In this document: positions 1 to 8,760 of the stretch, in pieces
Layout of the letters: the number at the start of each line of letters is the position of its first letter
Position numbering within the stretch: position 1 is the first letter of the stretch
Source: Paecilomyces variotii
Taxonomy: Eukaryota
Length of the DNA stretch: 14,998 nt
Assembly: GCA_004022145.1 (NCBI GenBank)
Contig: RCNU01000052.1
Strand: one strand, 5' to 3'
The notes under the pieces: generated by a model
The model's database searches: none
Told to the model about the DNA's origin: nothing
What the model saw: only the letters and a program-made list of their open reading frames with translations
Translations under genes and position numbers: made by a program

Positions 1-462
1 GATGGCAAACAGACATCTCTCCATCCTGTCTCCCTCTCTTGCTCTTTCTGTCTGTCTTTGCATAGGTGTCTGTTAGCCTGTTCCTTCTCGTTTTCTCAAA
101 GTACTTAAACTACCTTTACTTCCCGGTACCCATTCTCCCGGGTTATTTACTTTTTCCTATCTTCTCTTACTTCTCTTTAGTATGTTTACTTCTTTAATTC
201 TCTTCCTGCTCTTAATTTCCTGGCGGTAATTTCCCAGTGACTAGAAGAAAAGTAGGATGTTCTGTAAAAGGTCTAATTATTAATCGAGATTCCAGACATA
301 ATCACATTAGTTATATAAAAGACAAAGCTTATCCTCAAACTCTATTCGAAACTCAAACTCCAAGTATTCCTCTTTCAGATCTTGATATCCTCAAGCTTTA
401 AACTCTACGCTGAGTTTTGCGATACTATCACGTCTAGCATTAGCAATGCTCCTCGAGGTTAT
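1..462 (-). pseudogene. Candidate transition-inactivated gene remnant (two visible exons, 462-333 and 261-<1), product unknown
   Basis: On the minus strand, cttca-ATA-acc at 462 (ATG if G>A is reverted) opens 43 codons with one TGA. ATAAGC at 332 would be a GTAAGC donor if reverted, and TTTTACAG ending at 262 is an acceptor. The joined frame reads EHPTFLLVTGKLPPGN*EQEEN*RSKHTKEK*EKIGKSK*PGRMGTGK*R*FKYFEK..., with six stops, all TAA/TAG (revertible to Gln). The model needs several assumed reversions. Confidence 0.3.
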
Positions 463-526
463 TGAAGTGCGGAGTCTACAAGAACTCAAGCTAGATATCT
501 GGAGCAGATCTCTCGGGAGTCTAAGA

Positions 527-534
527 TATTTATA
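527..534 (-). promoter_or_regulatory. TATA-box-like TATAAATA
   Basis: Consensus TATA sequence on the minus strand about 65 nt upstream of the putative degenerate start at 462. Motif match only. Confidence 0.25.
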
Positions 535-647
535 AAGGGTGCGGTAACCTAGTGGCGGGCTATCACTGCGTGCAGTCTTTTTGGCTGAAGGGTTCCAGGG
601 ATTCTAGGCTGGCGCCCCGCCCCGGGTTCCTTACACTATCTAACTAC

Positions 648-733
648 CTACCTAGGTACCTAGAGTTACCTAGTTAACTAGTGAACTCCTGAACTGAATA
701 AGCCGGCTATAGTGGGGAGGTCTCGAGGGTCCC
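648..733. repeat. Left arm of a degenerate inverted repeat (partner 925-1032)
   Basis: The blocks CTACCTAGGTA (648), TAGTTAACTAGT (671), AACTCCTGAACTGAATAAGC (684-703), TAGTGG and GAGGGTCCC (725-733) recur in the same order in the reverse complement of 925-1032. Confidence 0.7.
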
Positions 734-924
734 GAAAGCATATATGCATACATATAGAGGGCATGATAGACATACTGTCTGATAGGCTTAGCACCAGAAT
801 TGCATTTCTAGATAACATGACTAGAAGCGCTCTATCATTTCACTTCGCACAAAACTGTCCAACTCAAGCAATCCAATCTGTTCCATGTATGCCATCGTGA
901 GGTTCTGAACATTTCAGATCCCTA

Positions 925-1032
925 GGGCCCTCTAATGCTACGGTCTCCTGCCACTAGCCAGGTGCTTAATCAGCTCAGGAGTTAACTAACTAACTAACTA
1001 ACTAACTACTAACTAGTTAACTACCTAGGTAG
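925..1032. repeat. Right arm of a degenerate inverted repeat (partner 648-733)
   Basis: The reverse complement reads CTACCTAGGTAGTTAACTAGT-(TAGT)n-TAACTCCTGAGCTGATTAAGC...TAGTGG...GAGGGCCC. The 20-nt core 964-983 matches 684-703 at 18/20. Confidence 0.7.
983..1013. repeat. (TAAC)n microsatellite
   Basis: (TAAC)6-TAC-TAAC is read directly from the sequence. Confidence 0.95.
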
Positions 1033-1081
1033 ATATTTAGCTAGAAGGCCCGCTAGAGCATCTCCCTAGATCGATCCTTAA

Positions 1082-2225
1082 TCAAGCATCTTCAGTTTCC
1101 TCTGACTCACTTCCGAGAGAACAAAAATCCGGTTGTGGTCTTGGTTGCGACCGTCCTACACCAATGGGCCGGCCAAGGAACCAGCGATAAAACAGCTCAA
1201 AAGGCGCTGCTGAGTTCTTCTCAAAACTATACAGACGGCTGGATGCCACCTTGACCCTATATTGGTCCTCAATGTAGGCTTCTAAGATTCGACCATGCTG
1301 AGGGGCAACAAATGATAACATTAGAACCTGAATTACCACCAGTTAGCTTTTAAATATAGATTAATAAGAGTTGCTGGACTTGCCGGTTGCGGCTGCTTAT
1401 CAAATAAATTTTCGTTCAGACGGGTTCTCATCACTTGCAGAATATAAGCCAGCTCATGGCGCAGTATTAGGTTATCGTTTATAGTCTCTTTGATGTTATG
1501 TTGAACAGCCATGGTAACGTGTGGGTATATGTAGTCTTTAACCTCGAAGAGGAGCCTAACCGGGTGTATACTGTCTTGAAGATTCCGCGACGGTAGATAA
1601 AATGCTTGCGATAATGCGACTTCGTGACTGTAAATCCAAGACCTATTAGTATATTATATAGTTTGTTACCTGAAATAGTACAATATAACAAAACTCACTT
1701 GACATTAATCCAATCGACAATGTCTATCAGGGATTGCCCAATATAGCCTCGATCGCTCTTTCGTGGTACACGGAAGATATGGTCCTTTAAGACAGATATA
1801 ACCTCCAAAAGACATTCACTTGGGCGCCAATACTTCTGGCGAAATCCCGGTGTCCTCTCTTCTGCTATAGCAGCCTCGGGATCGTAGTTCCTCAAGACAA
1901 GAAAATCCGGATCCTCCTTCGATATCTTTTGAACCCGGTCCGAGTCCACAGGATGATCTAACATAAATTTGTCCGTTAGTGGTTCGAAGTAGGAGGCAGC
2001 AGTTGGTATAAGCACTTCTCCAGAAGCAGGGCTAGAATCGGAGCTAGAATCAGTAATAGGCTCAGTTTCGTGTGCAAGACGAGTAGTCTCGAGTTCGAGA
2101 CGGGTGACTTGTACTCCCATCTGGGCACATTGATCGTGTGTAAGCAGCTCGTCCTTGCAGCTGCAAATTCTGTTCCAGCGAGTTTCAACAGTTCGCTGAG
2201 AGCGACTCTGAGATGTGGGGGGCAT
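1082..2225 (-). CDS. Three-exon fungal hypothetical protein, ~338 aa; exons 2225-1699, 1627-1384 (or 1642-1384) and 1327-1082
   Basis: ATG at 2225 in a caaatATG context. GTGAGT donor at 1698, TACTAAT branch site and TTTACAG acceptor at 1628. Exon 2 is open (HEVALSQAFY...YPHVTMAVQH...LILRHELAYILQVMRTRLNENLFDKQPQP). GCAAGT donor at 1383, GCTAAC branch (1347-1342) and TTCAG acceptor at 1328. Exon 3 reads VLMLSFVAPQHGRILEAY...EDA-stop. Total length 527+244+246=1017 nt, in frame with no internal stop. The C-terminal motif resembles uncharacterised Eurotiomycete proteins (from memory, not searched). Confidence 0.85.
1328..1383 (-). other. Intron 2, non-canonical GC-AG, 56 nt
   Basis: CCG|GCAAGT...GCTAAC...TTCAG|GTT. 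Read-through hits TAA and 56 is not a multiple of 3, so splicing is needed to reach the exon 3 frame. Confidence 0.75.
1628..1698 (-). other. Intron 1, GT-AG, 71 nt (alternative in-frame acceptor at 1643 gives 56 nt)
   Basis: The GTGAGT donor overlaps the apparent TGA stop of the 176-aa ORF. The body is AT-rich with a TACTAAT branch. TAG (1643) and CAG (1628) acceptors both preserve frame. Confidence 0.8.
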
Positions 2226-2681
2226 ATTTGAATATGATCTGATAGTATATCAAAAAGTCACTATTTCTTGCAGTTGTATGAATAGTCTCAGTAAATCTGC
2301 ATAGAAGATGAAATCCTGAAAATACACCCAGTCAAGATTGAATAAGGAACACTTTTTCTCTTTTTTCTTTGTCGTATTCCGTTGCTAACTATGACCAGTG
2401 TCATCATGTGACTTCTACACTTGTTTGCAGTCGTCTATAACCGTCATCATGTAAGATTGCTGTCCTTGCTGCTGCCTACTTACGCCTTCCCGCTGCCTAA
2501 AAGAGAAATTTCTTTAAACTATATATAGCCTAAGATAAGGAGTATTATTTAAGGTAATAGTAGCTGCAGTATTTAGACTGGTAATAATAATAGGCGATAA
2601 AGATCTAAACTTCTAAAGCTATATTTCTTTCTCTAGGGCTTAATCTAAGTACGTCTCTGTTAAAGTATTTATCCCGCTTAT

Positions 2682-2791
2682 TATAACAGCGTAGCCGTGA
2701 TAAGAGAGAAATATAAGAAGGTTAATTGCTCTAGACTAGGGGAATACTACTACTAAGTAGCTATTAAGGCAGTTTAATACTACTGTTACTA
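2682..2791 (-). repeat. LTR of element A family (left copy, putative 3' LTR)
   Basis: Ungapped 110-nt alignment to 9976-10085 with 20 differences, 19 of them transitions. Ends TA...TA are consistent with RIP-mutated TG...CA. Confidence 0.85.
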
Positions 2792-2839
2792 AGTAGGCAG
2801 TATAATTATAGTAAAGCTATATCTATAATAAATGCCCTC

Positions 2840-3138
2840 TGTTACAATATAGTAGTTAGAACTAGCAGTTTATAGAGAGAATATATAAGGAATTCTCTTA
2901 TAAGAAAGTCTAGAATAGTTATATATATAATTATAAAGAATAATTAGCCTAGTAAAAGAGTTTTTATATTAAATATATTAGCTTAAAAGAGGAACTTAAC
3001 TAATTTAATAAAAAACTAACTAACTATAGTATAAAGATATATTAGTATTAGTTTTATTTCTTATACTCTATTCTTATTCTAAGTTATATATTTTTTTTAA
3101 AGCTAGTATAAAAAGTTATTTTATTTTTATTTCTTTTA
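2840..3138 (+). repeat. Putative 5' LTR of copia element B
   Basis: Starts TGTTAC and ends in TA (mutated CA) 2 nt before the PBS-like motif. There is no second copy in the window, so the boundaries are inferred. Confidence 0.45.
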
Positions 3139-3326
3139 ATTAGTTATAAGCTTAAATTAATAAGAACTTAAGAAAATAAATATTTAAGCAGTATAAAACT
3201 CTTTATTAAAATTATAAGATTTAAAATAATAGCTATTAAATACTCTTATAGAAGAAATATTATAATAAGATTATTTTAATACTTACTCTATAGATATTAA
3301 ATCTAATAAGTATTAAAACTTATTAA

Positions 3327-3390
3327 TAATTAGAGAATTAACTAAATTATCTTATATATAATTAGAGAATTAACTAAATTACTTTATATA
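3327..3390 (+). repeat. 32-bp tandem duplication inside the copia gag region
   Basis: TAATTAGAGAATTAACTAAATTATCTTATATA is followed by TAATTAGAGAATTAACTAAATTACTTTATATA (30/32 identical). Confidence 0.9.
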
Positions 3391-5159
3391 TAGATAAGAA
3401 TATCTCTTATTAATAATTTTAATAACTAAAAAAAAGATTAATTCTTATTTTTTCTAAAAAAAAATTATAAAAAATAGTTTATTTATATAAAAAATAGCTT
3501 ATTAATAAGAATTATTAAGATATTATTAAATATTAATAATAAGATAATAACTTATTATAGGAAAAAAATAATATAATAGTATAATATTAGATTATAAGAT
3601 ATTTATCTAAGAATAATTAAGATAAATATATTTAAGATACTATTACTAAAGCATTATAAGATTATTTTAAAAAATAATATAAAAAGACTTAATTTACCTA
3701 ATAATATTAACTTATTTAATTATTTATTAATTTTAAAATAATACTTAAATAGATTATTATTAATATATAAAGATAATTATAATAAATAAAAAAGAAAATA
3801 ATAGTTTATAATAATACTATATTTTCTTTAGCTAAACTTAAAGCTAAGATTTAATATTTATTCTCTAATTTATTTAATAAATATATTATTACTAGAATAG
3901 TAATTAATATTTAAAAATATTTAAAAATAGAAGATATTCTAGCTATTCTTAAGGAGATAAAAGCTAAATTTTAAATTTCTCTATTAAATATATTCTATAT
4001 AAAAAAATAAGAACTTATTAAATACTATATATATAAAAATAATTATTTTATTAAAGACTATTTATAATTATCTATAGCTTAATAAGCTATTTAAAATACT
4101 TAAAGATAGAGAAAGAAATCTTTAAAGAGCTTATCTTTATTTATAAACTAGAAACTAATAAAGATAATAACTAAGCTATTTTAAAAAATCTAATTCTTAA
4201 AAAAAGAAAGATCTTAAAAAAGAAAATAAAAGACTTATAAAATAAAAGAAATCTTTAATATTAAGTTATTATATTTAAAGCTTAATTTAATTATATTAAA
4301 TAATTAAATCTCTTATAAAATTATTTATTTATTAAAAGATATAATTAATAAAAATCTATTTTAATAGTATATTAATAATTAGTATTAGTTTATATATAAT
4401 TAATAAGACTTACTACTTTAAAAGACTATTAATAAAAATTAAGAGAAAGTATATTTAAGTAAGAGAAAGAATTTTATATATAAAATATATAGATACTATT
4501 ATATTAAATAAATAGAATAAAAAGGTTATATATTTAAAGAATATATTATTTATTCTAAAACTTAAAGTAAATCTATTATTAACTAAGAAACTCTATTAAT
4601 AATTTAACTTATATAATTATTTTAATACTAGTTTAATATTTATATTAAATAGATCTAATTATATTATAATTTAAGATATATTTAAATATAGAATTTATAT
4701 TATAAAAAAGATTTTCCTAGATTTAATATTAAAGCTATATATTACTATATATAACTAGCTTATATATAAGAAAGATTAAGTCTATTATATTATAGTTATT
4801 TCTTAAAATAATTTTAAAAAAACCTTTTTTAAGATTATTAATAATAATTATAAATTAAAATATTTTAATAAATTTTTTTTATAAAAAAATTATAAGAGAT
4901 TAAATTTAAGAGAAATATTAGTTTTAATATAAGTAAATTAATTATTTTAAGCTTAAAAAGATTAAAAGCCTATATAAAAAAATAATATTAAAAAAATTAA
5001 TTAAAGTTATTAATAACTATTAATATATAACTTATATTATAGCTAATATTAAAAATAAGAAAAGTATAATAAATAAGTAAAAGGAAAATATTTTAAAATT
5101 AATTTATATAAATATATATAATTAGATATTAGAGTTAAAGAATAAATATATTTATTTTC

Positions 5160-5248
5160 TAATTATTTATTAATTCTATAAATTATACTAATAATATATT
5201 TTTATTAGAATAATTAAGGTCTTTCTATATATATAAGGAGAACTTTAT
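5160..5248 (-). pseudogene. Element A gag remnant, distal piece
   Basis: After removing element C and one TSD copy, the frame from 8279 continues as K-F-S-P-Y-I-Q-K-D-L-D-x-P-D. After a slip in an A run it continues T-S-L-x-Q-F-I-E (reverted reading). Confidence 0.65.
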
Positions 5249-5408
5249 TAATAGTAAACCTAGGGTTCTAAAGCTAGAGATAAAGAGGGGAAGAAGTTAT
5301 TCTTCTATTTGTAAGAACTGCTCTTACTAATTATATAAGGATAACTAAGTATTTACTATCTTATGCTGACTAACCCTCTATACTAAGCCTAGATATAGAT
5401 CTGTATTA
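5249..5408 (-). repeat. 3' LTR of element C
   Basis: Ungapped match to 8119-8278 with 11 differences in 160 nt, 10 of them transitions. The PPT is adjacent. Confidence 0.95.
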
Positions 5409-8118
5409 AGGTGCTCTCTTTTTTTTAAAGCGGATATTCTCGCTCTACTTACTATATATCTCTACTAGTATATATTATATATCTATTATTGCCTAATTTA
5501 ATACTATCTTAATTTTAAGCGAAAGTATAGTATTTAATATAGATAAGAAGATAAATATTAATATTACTTATTCTATTCTATCTACTATAGATAGTAAACT
5601 ATATACTTATATTTAAATATTAAGAATATATCTCTAATACTATACTTTTACTGCCTTAATATTATTAATAATATTTAAAAGCTTTGCTAATTATCTTATA
5701 GGAATAAATATTAATATTAATATTTAGAATAAGATTAGATAAGTATACTATTAAAGCGGTTTATATTTTATATTATTATTTTTATTAGTATCTATATATT
5801 ATTTAAAGCTATTAATACTCTCTAGGTATTTATTATTATTTAAATACTCCTAATATTATTTATTATTATTATTTTTATTATTTTACTTTTTAATATCTTT
5901 TATATCTTTATTACTCTTAGTATTATTACTCTTAATATTAATAATTCCCTATAATAATAGCTATATATATTTAGTCTATAGTATTAGCTATTCTTAGCTT
6001 TTCTCTTATTTTTATATCTTAGGCAGTATATTAATATAGATATTATAGTTCTTTACCTTTTATTTTAGCTTATATTACTATAAATCTCTTTAATAAGTAA
6101 TATATAGTTTACTTAGCGCTATTATTAGAGGTATATATATTAATACTAAAGTATCTATATATATAAACTAGGGAATTAATATAGAATTAAATAAGAAGAT
6201 AGAGTTTTAAGCTATATATTATTCTAAGCTTAATAGCTAAATTCCTATATATTAATATAATAATTTATAGAGAGTATAATATATATTATAAATTAAAAAG
6301 AAGGTTATATTATTTTCTATTAACTAGATTATTAAACTAGCTAAGATTTTAATATAGTATATATACCCTTAAGCTATAAAATTATATAGCTATTTAGTAG
6401 CGCGCTTAGCTAATAATATAGTTTTAATAATAATATAGACCTATATATTATATAGCTTAATATATTCTAGTAAATAGCTATAAGTAACTAAGTCTTAAAG
6501 TATATTTATTAGCTTCTATATATTAAATATATTTATATCTAAGTACCTTAATATAAGGATTAGCTTTTTACCTAGCTTATTATTATACTACTAGATCTTA
6601 AAGATAATAATACTCTTTATTATAAAGAAATAAAATGCTACTAGTATTAAATAAAGTAATATAATTATATTAATAAAATAATACTAGCGTTAAGTAAAAT
6701 AATATAGTTAAATAGATAAGTTTTAAATAATAGTATATCGCGTATTATAGTATTAATATAATAATATAATTATATATATTAATTATATAATAAGGTATAT
6801 AAGAATTAAATATTTACTAGAGAGACTAGATATAATATTTTTAAAGGGATAATTCTTTAAGCAGTATATTTAAGTAATGCTTAGATTATTATTAAGAGAT
6901 TGTTTAAGTCTTTATTTATACTTACTTAAGCTATTAGTTATAACTTATTATTACTTATTTCTTACGCTATTTTTTTAATATAATTAAGCTTAAATATTTA
7001 TTATATTCTCTTACTAGGTTTAATACAGTATTAAGATCTTTTAGATAATATTAAATATTATGCTAAGATTTATATTTAATTTATTAAATAAGGTATTTAA
7101 TAATATCTTTACTATAAACCTTTTTAATATAATAATTTAATAATATATTAATCTTATAATCTACTACAGAGAAGTATTAAATAGTAATAATTAACGCCTT
7201 AGTTTCTAGAAGCTAACGATACTTAAGGCTTATAGAATATATATTTATATCCGCTATATTCTTCCTAATAATTATACTAGCTTATTATAAGTTTCTCTAG
7301 GTATTTCTCTCTACTAATATAGAAATACAGAGGACTTAGCTAATACTATAATTAGGTATAAAAAGTCTTTTACTATATAATTAAGGGCTAATTAATTAAT
7401 AACTTAATTATATAGATATAGAAACTTTTATATATATCTTTTTTTAATATATAAGAAGAGATAGTTTATTAATATAAATAAAGATAACCTAAGCTTAGCT
7501 AAATTTATCTTAATATTTTTATAAAATAATACTATAAAGTTAACTAGATTAACTATCTTATAGTTAAACTAATTCCTTTAAAATAACTTTACTTAGCGAA
7601 AGGTAGTAATTTAATAAGCTAGTTTAATTATAATAAATATTAAAAAAACCTCTTAAATAGCTTCTATTATTAGTACTTAATAAAATAGTATATTTAATAT
7701 ATATCTTAATATAGCTACTATTAATAAAGATAATAATATAATAGTAAGAATATAATAATAAAATAATAAGAATAAAAAAAACTTAATAGAAACTAATAGA
7801 AGCGTTTAATATTATCTTTAATAGAGACTTAATAATAAATTCTATACTAATAAGCTATTAGTAAGAGTAACTACTTATATAGTTTTAATAAAAAATATAG
7901 CTAAGATAATAATATAAATAAAGAATAATTAAATATAATAATTAATAATAAAGGGTAATAAAATATAATAATTAATAAAGCTAGTTAATACTAGTTATAG
8001 AGACTTATAATAAGTTCTATATTAATAGAGATATAAAATAATATAAAAACTTAAGATAATATATAAATATTAAAATTAATAGTAGAAGGCCTTAAATTAA
8101 TAGCAATATACTACTATT

Positions 8119-8278
8119 TAATAGTAAACCTAGAGTTCTAAAGCTAGAGATAAAGAGGGGAAGAAGTTATTCTTCTATTCTTAAGAACTACTCTTATTAA
8201 CTATATAAGAATAACTAAGTATTTACTATCTTATGCTAATTAACCCTTTATACTAAGCCTAGATACAGATCTGTATTA
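8119..8278 (-). repeat. 5' LTR of element C
   Basis: Direct repeat of 5249-5408, with the PBS-like motif immediately internal. Confidence 0.95.
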
Positions 8279-8760
8279 TTTATTTATACTATATAAAGCT
8301 ATATATAAGTTATATTAAGTCTTATTATCTTATATAGCTAAATAACTATTTATATAAAGTTTTATAATATAATTTTATTTTAAATATTAGCTATAGAGTA
8401 TAATATTTTTTTAGCTTATATACTATAATACTAATATTAACTTTAAATTATTTTAATAATAGTAGTATTTAAGCTTCTTTAATAAGATATACTTATAAAT
8501 TATCCCGCTTAAATTTAAAAAGCTCTGCTATATATTATTATAATACTTATCTCTTAAAAAATATATAAAGCTATAGTTAAATTAACTTATTACTCTTAAT
8601 TATAATAAAGTCCTAGATATATTTAATAAATAAATAAATATCTCTATAAAATATTTAATTACTAATAATTATTATTAGCCTTATTTCTATATACTTATAG
8701 TTATTTAAGTCTAGTTAAAAGAACTTAAGTTCTTCTTACTTTTAAAAGGCTAAGTTGTTT
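8279..8760 (-). pseudogene. Element A gag remnant, proximal piece (may extend further toward 9500)
   Basis: The reverted minus-strand reading gives EELGFFRPD (~8735-8709), FYRDVHLF (~8650-8628), LRGxALxWYTAEL (~8560-8525) and YSIADAR...QDFVQTVIRLCK. This is the pattern I recognise from gag proteins of fungal gypsy-type elements. Confidence 0.7.

Larger units (their letters stand above)
2840..5165 (+). mobile_element. Element B: 3'-truncated RIP-degenerate Ty1/copia retrotransposon (LTR, PBS, gag, protease, GAG-pre-integrase, start of integrase)
   Basis: PBS-like TAGTTATAAGCT at 3141 (reverts to TGGTTATGAGCC, typical of fungal copia). Protease region ~4365-4581 (W-Y-I-D...SSHMT...VGGG...NVLFVPKLxVNLLS after reversion), WHxRxGH at 4925-4945, CxxC at 5024-5035 and LELIHIDICG near 5093-5122. 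The PR-then-IN order is the copia arrangement. Confidence 0.85.
5249..8278 (-). mobile_element. Element C: structurally complete 3030-bp LTR element, apparently non-autonomous
   Basis: 160-bp direct LTRs with TAATA...TATTA termini (reverting to TGATA...TATCA) and a perfect TTTAT target-site duplication (5244-5248 and 8279-8283). Minus-strand polypurine tract AAAAAAAAGAGAG at 5426-5414 and PBS-like motif at 8118-8105. The 2710-nt interior is too short for a full gag-pol. Confidence 0.92.

Noticed and set aside
712..900. 62-aa plus-strand ORF from the track
   Set aside because: It has a GTG start in a eukaryotic context, is short, begins inside the inverted-repeat arm and has no recognisable motif.
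983..1013. Telomeric repeat or CRISPR-like array
   Set aside because: The unit is TAAC rather than CCCTAA, and there are no unique spacers; it is a simple microsatellite.
1479..1691. 70-aa minus-strand ORF
   Set aside because: It starts at a TTG inside intron 1 and runs in a different frame from the spliceable exon 2.
1976..2188. 70-aa minus-strand ORF
   Set aside because: It is a non-ATG alternative frame wholly inside exon 1 of the real gene.
1695..2225. 176-aa ORF and 85-aa ORF (1082-1339) as standalone genes
   Set aside because: The apparent stop is part of a GTGAGT donor and the second ORF starts in an intron; both are exons of one gene.
2472..2800. Short inverted match CTGCCTACTTA (~2472) / TAAGTAGGCAG (2790-2800) as DNA-transposon TIRs
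   Set aside because: It is only about 11 nt, overlaps the LTR end and has no TSD, so it cannot be distinguished from chance.
3985..4035. Zinc knuckle in the copia gag
   Set aside because: A CxxC-like pattern is revertible, but I could not fit canonical C-x2-C-x4-H-x4-C spacing.
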